Part shown: piece by piece, positions 13,180-25,900 of the stretch
Position numbering within the stretch: the first letter of the stretch is position 1
How the letters are laid out: every line of letters starts with the position of its first letter
NCBI GenBank assembly: GCA_043228905.1
Contig: JBHGNT010000022.1
Location: 4,650,001 to 4,714,000, forward strand
Direction: 5' to 3'
DNA from: Azolla caroliniana
Taxonomy: Eukaryota; Plantae; Polypodiophyta
DNA: 64,000 nucleotides
The notes under the pieces: model-generated
Told to the model about the DNA's origin: nothing
The model's database searches: none
Seen by the model: only the letters and a program-made list of their open reading frames with translations
Made by a program: the position numbers and the translations under genes

Positions 13180-13382
13180 CGTGGTCCAAACAAAGGAAAA
13201 AAAAAAAAAAAAAAAAAAAAACGTGGGCAAATCATAGTAGTGATGGGGAGATCACAAGAGGTGGGAGCTCCACCATGCAACAAAGAGGCGCCATGCATTA
13301 AAGAAGGACGTGCACGTACTTGCTATTTAAAGCATGGAACGTGGGCACTCACACGCGGCAAACAAGAAAGGACATACTAATT

Positions 13383-16314
13383 ATGGCGGGAGAGGAACAT
13401 GCGCGGGAAACGAAAAGGATTGCTGAGGGAGAACGGGTTAAAAGGATTGCTGAGGATCGCCGACGCTCCACCACACGCAGAACCAGAGCAGGCAGTAGCA
13501 TCGATTGATTTATCAGAAATCACGGAAGGAGCGGTGCAGGCGCTCACGGGGATAAAAGCAGGAGGACTTCAAACAATCGAAAACCCTTCAAGTGAAATCC
13601 TGTTCGAATATTTCGGTGAGTATTCTATCAGCAGCAAGGCGTACCGAACGCAGGGCGGAGAGAACTTGCTGTTCGGAGAAGTGGCCCGCGCCATGATGGA
13701 GTACGGATTCGTGAATCCTCGTCCCCCGGCCATAGCCAGGTACCGGGCATCATTCTTAATTGCAGTGTACGAAGGATTACAAGTGGACTGGCTTCATTTC
13801 ATAACCGAAGGATTGAAGGAGGCCATCAAGAATCTTGTGGAAGGAAAAAAGCCATGGGCCGGGATAGCACAATGGCTAACGGTGTTAGTCCCACCGGTGC
13901 TCCCCATCACACAAAAGAAAAGAGGTCGGTAGGAGATGACGCCGAAAAAGGTCACAAAGCGCCGACAGATCCTGGAGAAACACACCCCCGGATGGACCCA
14001 GCAAGAAGCAGAACAGCGGGGGGAAGGACCATCCCGACAGCAACAGGAACCGGCAACAAAGGCAAAACCGGCAGGAAAAGGCAAAGGGAAATCGACCGAG
14101 GAGGAACCGGTAGTGCTCAAACCAATCAATATAACGCTGCGACGGCCGGAACCGGAACCAGAGGTCTTTATACAAAAGGTCCGTCTGGTAGACGCATCGG
14201 AGGAGGAAGCTGAAACAGAAGACTCATCCGAACCACTGGTAAGACTCCCAGCAAGACAAGGTCGGGAGAGACGGGCGAAAGGACCGGCTCCACCAGTTGA
14301 CAAAACTCAGCAGAGGGCGCAAGGACCACCTCCAGTAGCCGAGGCGGAAGCGGTACCGGAACCCGTACCGAGGGAAGCAGCACCGACACAAGTTTTGTCG
14401 GACGTCAGAGAACCGGTCATCCCAGAGAAGAAGGATGAACAAGCGCCGGAGCCAGAGAAAAGGCCGGAAAAACAGCCTGAGTTAAGGAGTAGGAGTGAGC
14501 AAGGCCACCCCGACACAGGAAGAACAAAGCCACAATGGCTGAGATGGCTTTCGGAGCAGTTATCGGGAGTAGCGAACCAGTTAGAGGAAGAAGAAACGTG
14601 TAAGCAACAGCTGACGCATACAACAACTCAGGAGTTGGTCGCGCTCCGAACACAGATTGAGGAAATGCAAGGGGAGCTGTTGCAGGCAAGGGAAGGAATT
14701 CAACAAGCACCAGTTGTCACCGAGCCGGTCGGGACAACAAGGAAGCAACCAGAACCGGAACCGGAACCGGTAGCCTTGCAAACCGGCCCTGAGACCGAAA
14801 AAATAATAGAAACCTTACGAGAGGAGTTAAAAGCTCAGGAGGCATTAAGGGAAAAAGAAAGGGAGCAGCGGAAAGCGGTGGAGGACGACAGACGAAAAAT
14901 GGAAGAAGGCCTCTGGAAAGGCCGAACCACTAATGACCGACTGCAAGAAGAAAAAGAGAAGCTGCAAAAAGAGAAGGACCGACTGCGTCGACATGCCGAG
15001 CAGGAGATAGAACGACTGCAGGAAGAACTCCGACAACAGAAGGACCGAGACGACCGGTTAAGAGCTCAGGCAAACCGACGCCTGAAGCAAAAGACAGAGG
15101 ACTTCGACCGTCTCTACCGAGATCACAAGCAGGCCGAGTCGGACAACAAGAAACGGGCAGCAGACTACGACTGGCAAATAGAGAAGCTGAAAGAACAACT
15201 CAAAGAGACCCGATTAGATCTGGCTAAGGCAATGGATGAGGTTAGTGCCAAAAAGGAAGCATTATCGGCGGAAATAGCCCAAGCGACGGAGAGAAGGAAG
15301 GAATTAGAGGCGCTAAGGCGGGAAAAGCTGGATCTGACTAAGATCAGGAATGAAGAAAAGGAAAAATCGACCTTCACGATCAGCAAACTGCAAAGTACCT
15401 ATGAAAAGCAGAAAGCAGATTACGAGGCCTAGGCTCAGATAATGGCCGACATCATAAAACGGGCAAGGAAGGAAAAGCAAGAAGCTTATGCGCATGCTAA
15501 GGCGGGGGTTGACCGGATCAAGCTCATCATGTCAGGTTGGAGTACCCGAGCTCAGGCAAGCATCAACGAAAGTACGGAAAAGCTATGGAAGGAGTGGTCA
15601 CAACAGGCAGCCGAGCTGCAGACACTCCGAGCGGATGCCGAGAATCGGAGGAAGACCGGTGACAAGTTTTACAAGATGGATGAAGAAAGTATCGTCGCCA
15701 TTCGGGAAGAATTGTTGGAGGATTTCTACGCTTTAGCAGAAGAACATCTCAAAGAAATCTGAGGGTTGGTAGAGAGGTTGGATGACGGGCAGCTCGCAAC
15801 TCAGTTGGAGTTGGAGAAATACGAGCAGGACCGGTTACGACAGGAAGCCAAGGGAAGAACGACGCCAATCACTATTAGTGAGGGAGAGCGACCGGCTGAA
15901 GTTGAACCAACCGACACCGAACAACCCCGACAAGGAATACCCGAAGAAGAACTTCCGTTCGAAGGAAATCAAGAAGAGCAGGAGCAGACCGATGCCGGAG
16001 AAGAAGAAGAGCTGAGACCGGAAGACACCAGAGCAGAGGAAGAAGGCGTACCGAGCAGACCAGTTGAGACCAGAGAAAGCAACACTGCTAACAGAACAGA
16101 GCCAGGAACGGAGGGAGAACAGGAAGAACCCGGACGAAGCGGTGAGGAAGCACCAGCACCACAGAATCAAGCAGAGCCGGAGCAGCAAATTTTTACGGAA
16201 CAACCAACCCAACCGGAGGTCGGAGACCAGGCAGGCAAGGAACAGGAATTGGAGGAAGAAGCACCACTTGACACCATCGAGCAGAGTGTGCTCGATATTT
16301 TGGAGGAAGAATGA
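13383..16314 (+). pseudogene. G-B extra ORF3 (N-terminal globular domain, Pro/Glu linker, coiled coil)
   Basis: In-frame ORF pieces 13399-13932, 13936-15432, 15442-15762 and 15766-16314 are separated only by stops and are homologous to ORF3 of G-A and G-C. Confidence 0.8.
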
Positions 16315-16322
16315 GACCGGGA

Positions 16323-16362
16323 GTGGATTCGAAGTGCAAGGCACTTTCCCACGGGCGTGCCA
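16323..16362 (+). other. tRNA-3'-end-like sequence (inverted PBS) at the PPT position of G-B
   Basis: GTGGATTCGA-[13 nt]-TTCCCACGGGCGTGCCA, then TG, then the LTR. Confidence 0.7.
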
Positions 16363-16364
16363 TG

Positions 16365-16755
16365 TGTTGGCCGGACAGAAGAGCAAGGACAAGTGGGAAG
16401 GCGGAGTCGGATCGGATAATAGGAAGTAAATAATAGTAGAATTATTATTCGGAGGGACGGATCCGGTACAGTTGTACCGATCCGGATTCGAACCGATTCG
16501 GATGTCGGTTGCCTAAGCGCACCGATTGTAACCTTGCCGGATGCCTATAAAAGGATCCGATGATTTGTAAAAGGCTTTGACGGAAGTAATACAAAAGTAA
16601 TTATTGCATGTTTATCTGTATCTTCGTATTGTTTACCGTCTGTGCTTAATTGTAATCATCTTACGCGTGTAACCTAGCATCCAATCCTTACCACCCCTTT
16701 GGAGAAGTGTCGGATAGACACCTGTGTTGAGGCTAGTCCGGCCAAGCAAACAACA
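16365..16755 (+). repeat. 3' LTR of G-B
   Basis: TG...CA ends and a TATA box 'ctataaaa'. Shares motifs (atcttacgcgtgt, cacccttt ggwgaagtgtc) with the G-A and G-C LTRs. Confidence 0.85.
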
Positions 16756-17052
16756 AGAAGTCGAGCCGGCAACACCAAAGGAAGACCAACAAAGACCTCC
16801 GACACCGGAAGTCGAGCCAGCAACACCAAAGGAAGACCAACAAAGACCTCCAACGTCGACGGAACAGCAGGAAAGACCACCGACACCACCAGCCCGCGTA
16901 CCGACACCGGACGACGACATGTCGTTCCAGTACTCCAAGTATAGGGATGATCCGGACGTGGAGGCCCATGTTCACGCGTTTCAACAAGCATGGGAAGCAA
17001 ACCATGTGTCACAACGGTTAACCGCGGCAGAAGAGGAACGATCTAAGATAGC

Positions 17053-20000
17053 TGTGAACGTAAGTGTTTGCGGAAGCGTAAAACAGAGAACAACACAGAG
17101 AGAGAGAGAGAGACAGAGAGAGCAGAACACAATTTCAAAATTATATCAAGACTCTGTACACACACTGTGCTAAGTAGCACTATTTATACAAGTCCTCTTG
17201 GGACTGACAGAAGTACCATGTACTTCAATGCTCACACGAGCATCTGACACTTACTACGAGACTATAACTACCTAGTAGTCTATCCTATACTAGGCTTCCG
17301 ATTGGACTTCCGGTTACGGATTGCACCCGACCTCCACTACTTGCCAGTTCGGTTGCTCACCGTCATACCGATCCGTTTCGCCCAATCCGTCTCGCTTACC
17401 GGCTCCGGCTTATTCAGCCGATCCGGCTCCGGTTGAGCTTGCCGCTCAACACTCCCCCTCAAGCTCAACCTGAGGTGGGGTCGTAGTGTCGACCTCTGTG
17501 GCAGTCGGTTCTTCCAACCGACTTCTCCTAGCGTCACTCCGCCTTGCTCGCGCTCCTTGTCCGGTCCGGTACGGTCCCGTTTGCCGCGACCCCTTTGGTT
17601 CTGCGCGCCTCGACCCTCTCGGTCGGCATGTCTGCTCAATAGGCCCATCTCAGCACTCACGTTGCTGTGACTCCGGTGCTTGCCGATCCGTCAGTTCTCC
17701 CACGATGGCATCAACTTCCGCTGTGTCCGTGTCCCCTTGGCCTTCAGTCGATCCGACTCAGCCGGATCCATCTGTTGATTCGAGTCAGCTGTCTCCGACT
17801 CGTTCCAGCTCTTGTCCAAATCGGTACACTCCGATTCGACTTCCGGCTTCAGGCCTCTCACCACATCAGACCACTTCCGAGTCTTGGCCTTCTCCATGCT
17901 TCCCTAGGCTTCTTCAGTCGGTGAACAAAAATCGAATTCTTCATTCGACTCTGCATCATGGTCAGTACCGTCGTGATGACCTCCGCACAGCATGCACTTC
18001 TCTTCCTGAGTGCACAACTCTTCTTCACAGCCGCTTGCTCCGACCTGTTCGGATGTGTCGACTTCCTTCGTCGACTCGGCTTCCTTTATCTTCTTGTCTC
18101 CTCTTCTTCCGGCTCTCCTCTTACCGACGGGTTCAACAGTTTTTTTGGCCTTTGCCCGTTTCGGTAGAAACTTTGCCCTTGCTTCTCCCCCTCAAGTGTG
18201 GCACGTCGAGATGCTGAACACCAAGCATGTCGGTAAAGTGCTGCAACTTGTCCGATCCGAGCGGCTTGGTGAAGATGTCGGCAACTTGCCGATCCGTATG
18301 AACATACCGTAGGTCAACTTCACCGCTCAGGACCCGCTCACGCATGAAGTGGTAGTGCACCTCGATGTGCTTTGTGCGAGCATGGAACACAGGGTTCCTG
18401 GCGAGCTGCAGGCTGCTCATGTTATCGCAGTAAATCGGGATTGGGGTCGGTACCTCGATCCGCAAGTCTCGCAGCAGTCGCCGAAGCCAGATGGCTTCAC
18501 AAGTGGCAACGGTAGCGGCCCGGTACTCAGCCTCAGTGCTTGACAAAGCCACTGTGGGCTGCTTCTTGCTGCTCCACGCAACGGCCGCGCTACCTATGGA
18601 GAACATGTATCCGGTAGTGGAGCGGCGATCAGACGCATCGCCGGCCCAGTCAGCATTTGTGTAACCGACAAGCTCTTCGGGTATACCTCGCCGGTATAGC
18701 AGTCCCCGGTCCTTAGTGCCGCTAACATACCGTAATATTTGTTGCGCGCACTGAAGGTGCTCCATGGTCGGCTTCCGCATGAACTGACTTACCATGCTGA
18801 CCGGATAGCTGATGTCGGGTCGGGTGATGGTTAAGTAGATCAGGCTTCCGACAACCTGTCGGAACCGTTTCTCATTGCAGGCCGGTCCGGAGTTGGGACG
18901 GAGCTTCTGGTTCCGGTCCAGGGGTGTGGAGACAGGTCGGCAATCCGTCATGCCGAACTTATACAGCATATTCAACACGTAATGTCGTTGTGAGAGCAAT
19001 ATGCCGTCGGGGGTCCGGATCACTTCGATCCCAAGAAAATAATGAAGGTCCCCCAGGTCCTTCATTTCGAATGCGTCCGACAACTTGGACTTGACGCGGT
19101 TGATTTCGGGAAGACCCGGTCCGGTGATGACTAAATCATCCACATACAAGAGTATACATACCGGACCGTCAGAGCCTTGCCGGATGAACAACGAAGAGTC
19201 CGACTTAGAGACAACAAACCCCAGCTTACGCAACCGGTGCGTGATCTTCGCGTTCCAAGCTCGGGGGGCTTGCTTCAAGCCGTAAAGCGACTTCTTCAGT
19301 CGGCATACCGCCAACTTGTTCATCTCCGATTGAAATCCGGGGGGCTGAGTCATAAAGACTTCTTCTTCAAGCTCTCCTTGAAGGAAGGCGTTCTTCACAT
19401 CCATCTGGTGAAGATGCCACCCCCTTGCCGCAGCAACCGCTAGTACCACACGAACCGTCGTCATCTTCGCCACAGGAGTGAAGGTCTCGTCGTAGTCGAT
19501 TCCGTGGGTCTGCGCGTATTCCTTCGCCACTAACCGGGCTTTGTACCGATTAACAGAACCGTCGGCGTTGTACTTGACCTTGTACACCCACTTGCATCCG
19601 ATCGGTTTACACTGACGGGGAGGATCAACTAGGTCTCAAGTTTCGTTGGCATCGAGTGCCCGCATTTCTTCGTCCATAGCGGCACGCCAATTTGTGTCCT
19701 TTGCCGCTTCTGCGTAGCTCTCCGGCTCACATACTTCTGTCACCTTAGTCATGTACGCATAATGATGCGCCATGTATTCATTGTACCCGTATCGCATGAC
19801 GAGATTCTTCTGGTGGGTTGATCGGCGCAACGCACCGTCACCTCATTTGAAGCCCTTCTTGGCCAGTTCGGTCTTCGTTGCCGAAGATCCGCCTTTCTCC
19901 TTTCCGGAGTCGGATACGCACCGATCCGACTCATCGTTGCTGGTTTCGAATTCCGACATCTTCCTCTTCCCCTTCTCTTTGCGCGTGAACCGTTTCCTCG

Positions 20001-22584
20001 GTTCCTTGCATGGGGAGAGCACAGCAGAGTCTCCACCACTTGCCGTCTCTTCATCTGACTGGTCCAACCGACTCAGTCGCTCGTTCGGTCCACTCAACCG
20101 TAACGATTCCGGACTCTCATCTTGAGTCCCGGCTTCATCATCCTCTACCAGGGCTGATTCAGGCTCACTGGTCTGATCTTCCGGCATTGGGTCGGGATCG
20201 GAAGTCGGAGTCGGTATGGAGTACCAGGATGCCGATTCATCGAACTCGACATCCCGGCTAACTCGGACTTCCTTCGTCCGGGGGTTATAACACCCCTTTT
20301 GCTCTTGAGCATAGCCGACTAGGATGCATTTTTCCGATTTTGCATCCAGCTTTCTCCGCTTTTGATCCGGCACATGCACATACGCTATGCTGCCGAATAT
20401 CCGAAGGTGTCTTAAGTTCGGCTTGCGCCCGAAATAAAGCTCATGAGCTGACACCTTGTCACCAATGCGGTTTTGTATGTAGACGGCCGTCCGGACTGCC
20501 TCCGCCCAGTAGAACCGGGGCATGCTCTTCTCCTCCAGCATTGCCCTTGCCGCTTCGACGAGTGTCCGGTTCTTCCTTTCGGCCACACCGTTTTGCTCCG
20601 GTGTGTATCTGCAGCTGAACTCTCGCCGAATTCCCTTCTGCTGCAGATAACTAGTGAATTGGCCGGAAAAATATTCCTTTCCGCCATCCGACCGAAGGCA
20701 TTTGATCTTCCTTTCCGATTCCCGTTCCACCATCTTCTGGAGGCTCCGGAAATAGTCGAAGACTTCGCTCTTCCGCTCAATGAGGTAGATCCAAGTATGT
20801 TGAGTATAGTCATCGATGAAGGAGACAAAGTATCAGCTCCCGCCAAGGCTTACACTTTGTGCCGGTCCCCACACATCCGAATGGATGAGATCGAGCTTGT
20901 TACGGCTCCGGTTCCGTTCAGTGGGGAATGGAAGCCGGTCTCCGGCCGCTGAACTTCGGCAAACCGAAAACGACTTGTTTCGTTTGCAGGTCTTGAAGCC
21001 TCCGGTAGTTGACGTGGCCTATCCGCTTGTGCCATAGGTCGATGTCCGACTCGACCTTTTGTCGTTCCGCGAACAGAGCGGTGCCAAAGTCATTGGTGTT
21101 GAGAATAAACATCCTCCCGTCTCTGCGCCCTTGCGCAATGACTTCGCCCTCATCCTCAATGAAGCAGCCGAGGTGCGTAAACCGCACCTGCATCCCCTGG
21201 TTGACAATCTGACCGACGGACACTAGGTTCTTCGTGATTGTCGGAACGTGTAATACGTTCATTAGCTTCCCTTTCTGTCTGACGTGGCTTAGAGGGACTT
21301 CTCCGACGTGCACGATTGGGTGAGGAGTGTCGTCTCCGGTTTCGACTACTCCTGTTTGATCCGGTTTCTCCAGAAAGGAGAACCACTCTTTGTGGCTCGT
21401 CATGTGGATCGACGCGCCGGAATCAACATACCACACTTCCTCCGTTTTGGAAGTGGTCTTCTTCATTGAGTTTGCCTTGTGATTCATCACCAAGGCTGGC
21501 CCCTTACCAGCCTTTCCGGTTCCGGATCCTCCTGATCCGTTTGCATAGTGCGAGTTTTGTCGGCCATCCTTACCGGTCTTGCCGGATCCGGATTTGTCCG
21601 AATCGGCAAGCTTTCTCCAACACTCGCTTTCCCTGTGGCCTTTTTTGCCACAGTACCAGCATTCCGTAGCGGATTTGTCTTGCCGGCCTCCGGCACCGCC
21701 TTGACTCCCCCTGCTTGTGGAAGTCCCGGAACTGTTGTCGGCACGCTCATAGTGCCTCCGTTCCTGCTCTTGCCGGCCGCCTCCATTGCGTGCCGACCCA
21801 CCTCTTCCACCACGCCCACGGAGCCGATCCGTTCCCGTGTACAGCATTCGGCTGTCCGGGGATGCACTAGTAGATGCACCGGCGTGGTTCTCCTCTACAA
21901 GGAGCATCGACTCTAAGTCGAAGAATGAGGGGGTATTCTCCCTTGTACACACCGCAGTCCGAAACGCTTCGAACTTGGACGCCAGGCCTCCGAGACATAC
22001 CTACACCATCTCGTCTTCCTCTACAGTAACATTGATAGAGGCGAGCAAGTCGCAGATCTCCTTTATCAGGCCCGTGTAGTTTGCCACAGACATGTTCTTC
22101 TGTCGAACATTGCTCAACTCCTGTTTGAGTTGCAGCTTCCGGGCAGTGGTGCTTGCGGCGAAAACCTTTTTCAGGTTCCCCCAAGCATCCTTCGGTGTCT
22201 TGGCGTCACGGATGTGGCTAAGCAGCTGATCGCCGACACTGGACGCGAAGCAGTACATCACCCTGCTTGCCGCTTGTTCCCATACCGGGAAGTCCTTGTG
22301 TGCCGAGTCGGGCGCTGCATCATTCGCTCCTTCGACATAACTCCAGTACCCATGTCCAAGCAGGTACTGGTGCATCTTGTAAGACCAGGATGCGTAGTTG
22401 CTCCTGTCGAGCTTCTCCACCGGGAGCGACGTAGCCATGCCTCTATCCATGTCTTCTACTGTGTATGTTTTCGACCTGTTAGGGTTTTCTTCTCAAGAGT
22501 AAATGTCTGCAGCAGAGGTTCTCAACCCTCGCGCTCTGATACCATGTGAACGTAAGTGTTTGCGGAAGCGTAAAACAGAGAACA

Positions 22585-22629
<45 letters not shown>

Positions 22630-22971
22630 GAGACAGAGAGAGCAGAACACAATTTCAAAATTATATCAAGACTCTGTACACACACTGTGCTAAGTAGCAC
22701 TATTTATACAAGTCCTCTTGGGACTGACAGAAGTACCATGTACTTCAATGCTCACACGAGCATCTGACACTTACTACAAGACTATAACTACCTAGTAGTC
22801 TATCCTATACTACGCTTCCGATTGGACTTCCGGTTACGGATTGCACCTGGCCTCCACTGCTTGCCGGTTCGGTTGCTCACCGTCATACCGATCCGTTTCG
22901 CCCGATCCGTCTCGCTTACCGGCTCCAGCTTATTCAGCCGATTCGGCTCCGGTTGAGCTTGCCGCCCAACA
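17053..22971 (-). mobile_element. Copia element C3, full length, inserted in G-A gag
   Basis: TSD ATAGC (17048-17052 and 22972-22976). LTRs at 17053-17451 and 22545-22971 differ mainly in (GA)n length. PBS-Met at 22544->22533 and PPT at 17463->17452. Confidence 0.96.
18133..22450 (-). pseudogene. gag-pol: C3 gag-pol (Gag, CCHC, PR, IN, RT, RH)
   Basis: Motifs CWYCGKKGHRESEC, WYVDSGAS, LRSDGGKEY, PEQNGVAERKNR, LLYVDDLVI and HARTKHI, with a few stops and frameshifts. Confidence 0.95.
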
Positions 22972-22976
22972 ATAGC

Positions 22977-25900
22977 CAAATTCGGCGTGACATTGGAAGG
23001 ACCAGCCGCCAAATGGCACCGGACGCAGGATCGCAACACCATCACCACCTTTGCGAACCCGAAAGACAAATTCATGAACTTCTTCCAGAAGGAGGTGGAC
23101 CAACGAGAAATGGTGGGCTTATTTTATACCATCCAACAGGACCCCAGGGAGAGCATCCCGCAGTTTGTCATCCGGTTTCAACGGATGCACAATCAGCTTA
23201 CCCGCGCACCTCCGGAGGAAGAAACGTGGGCTATATTTTTAGCCGCGCTTCGAGAACCTCTCCGAACGGTATGCACGGTCATCGACTTTCGCACAAGCAC
23301 CATCAACCAGGTCATCGACCGGGTTAGAGAAATGGAGAAAACGAGCTCTTGGCTAACAATGGGAGCCCTCCAACGAGCATTACCAACCAATGAGGATCTT
23401 TGTTTCCGGCAAGCAATCCAATGTATGACCTGCTTGAATTCTGGACACTCGTCACTGGAGTGCACCATGCGGACGCACTGCTTACTCTGCCAATCTACGA
23501 GCCACACGATGGACTGGTGTGAATATAACTTATTGAATCGGCAAGCACCACCAGTCCGGCAAATCGAGCCATGTAGCAGCCGAGACAAAGAAGACGAACG
23601 CTGGCGGTGAGAGGAGCGATATCGACCGGCACAGGATGTCTGGTACGACAATCGGCGTGACAATTATGACCGGTACAAGAGATATGACAAGTACCGAGAT
23701 TACAATGGATGGTATGAGCATCACAGCCGGGATCACTCCCCTGGTTATCACCAATGACGGGAAGATTACGGGAGGTATGACTACCAACCCCGTCAAGGGT
23801 ACCACAACAAAAAGAACTTTAATAAAAACGACATTTCAAAAACGGGAGCCACCCACGTGAACCGGAAAAAGGCGCCTCAAGTAGCCAACCGGACCAGAGC
23901 CCCGCGGTTACCACATGCCCTCCACCGTGTATAGAAAACAATGCCGAATCCAGCAATACCCGGAAAGCATATTGCTATTATTGTCGGCAAGAAGGACATT
24001 ACAGTAATCAATGTTCGGCAAAGAGCTATGATAAGCGACCGGCAATAAACATGGTAGTCGCCGAAGTCGCAGACCTACAGCAGGTCACCACAAGGTCGAA
24101 GGGCAAGACGATGGAATGGGAGACACAAGAGGCCATCCGGAAACAGGCAACGGAATGGCGGACACAAGCTCGGTGCGACCAACAGGATTAATACGGGACT
24201 TAGAAGTAACCATTGGAGGCCACACATTCCGAATCTCAGCCGTAGTTCTCCAGTTGCAGGCTCAAGGAGCGTACCCATTATTATTGGGACGCCCTTGGTT
24301 AAAGACGGCACACATCAAGCAAAATTGGAGGAGGAATATGATTACGTTCCGACGGGGAAAAGCAAAGGTACGGGTACCAACACAACCAAGAAAGGGCACC
24401 GGCAAGGATCTGACACCGTTATATGCGGAGTGCATCAATATGCTGGAAGGATTAGGAGACGAAGAAGAAGATCAGTACTTGCTGGAGAACCCGAAGATTG
24501 TACCCCTATTCGAAAATTGACGTTGCCGAAGCAGTATCACGCTACTTACTGCAACTGGATGAAACCGGATAAAGAAGCAATCTGGGAGTTACGGCAAGCG
24601 CAAGAGGCGTTGGAAAGGGAAATGGCCGTATCACAGTGTGTAAAAGCGTCTCAATTAGAAGAGGTAAATCTAGGAACGGCGGAGGAGGCAAAACCGGTGC
24701 ACATCGCCAAAGAAATGAATGAAGAGAACAAAACGGCGATAATTACACTCAACGAGTTTTGCGACGTATTTGCCTGGTCTTACGAGGATATGAGAGGCCT
24801 GGATCCTCAGTTGTATCAGCACTAGATACATCTGAGCAAAGACGCCAAGCCGGTAGCAGAGCGTCGATACCGGATGAACCCAAACTACGTCGCCAAAGTC
24901 AAGGAGGAGATCGACAAATTGTTGAGGGTTGGCTTCATCCGTCCCATAAAGAAATCTACATGGCTCAGCCCGATCGTAGTCGTACTGAAGAAGAACGGCA
25001 AAATTAGAGTTTGTGTCGACAACGGTAACGGATGCATTTCCACGTCTGTTTACGGATGGAGTTTTGGATGCCGTCCCCGGCCATGAAGTCTACAGTTTCT
25101 TAGATGGATTCAGCGGGTATAATCAGATCCGGATGCACCCTGATGATCAAGAGAAAACGGCTTTCGTCACCGAATGGGGAGTGTTTGTTGTTGTGGTGAT
25201 GATGTTCGAACTGAAAACGGCACCGGCAACATTCCAACGGATCATCATGGAGATCTTTGGCGAATACATACCGGCTTTTATGCAAGTATTCCTTGATGAC
25301 TTCGCCGTCTATAGCCGAGAAGAAGATCATTTGCAGTACCTCAGACTATGTCTACAGATGTGTAGGGCGTACCGGCTAAGCTTGAATCCGGCGAAGTGTG
25401 TATTTGGAGTGTCCAACGGAATGCTACTGGGGCATATTGTGAACAAGGAAGGCATTGCCGTAGATCCGGACAAAGTGAAAGCAATCCTGGAAGCACCGGC
25501 ACTGGCAACAGCAAAGGCATTGAGCCGTTTCTTAGAACAAATCCGCTGGCATAGCCGTATGCTCCGATATTTGGCGAACCTGGCTACACCTCTACATGCG
25601 GCAGTACATCGAACACCGTTCCAATGAACCCACATCGAAGACAAGGCATACCGGGCACTAAAGGTGTTATTGTCACAAGCAGCCGTAGTGCAGCCTCCGA
25701 ATTGGAGTAAAGAGTTTCATGTGTTCGTGGACGCCTCCGACATCGCAATCGGCAGCGCGCTCATGCAACTTACGGAGCCAAGGTGGTACCGGCTAGTCTA
25801 CTATGCCAGCCGGAAGCTATCCCAAGCGGAACGGAATAATTCTACCACGGAGAGGGAAGCTTTAGGAATGATCTATAGTGTAACAAAATTCAGGCATTAT

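Larger units (their letters stand above)
8084..16755 (+). mobile_element. Gypsy element G-B, 5'-truncated, nested in G-A gag
   Basis: Carries gag-pol, an extra ORF and its own 3' LTR at 16365-16755 (TGTTG...CAACA), followed directly by G-A gag repeats. Confidence 0.88.

Noticed and set aside
13936-15432. Host myosin/SMC-like gene, or a retroviral Env
   Set aside because: It lies between pol and the 3' LTR in three elements. The similarity is generic coiled coil and no transmembrane segment is visible.
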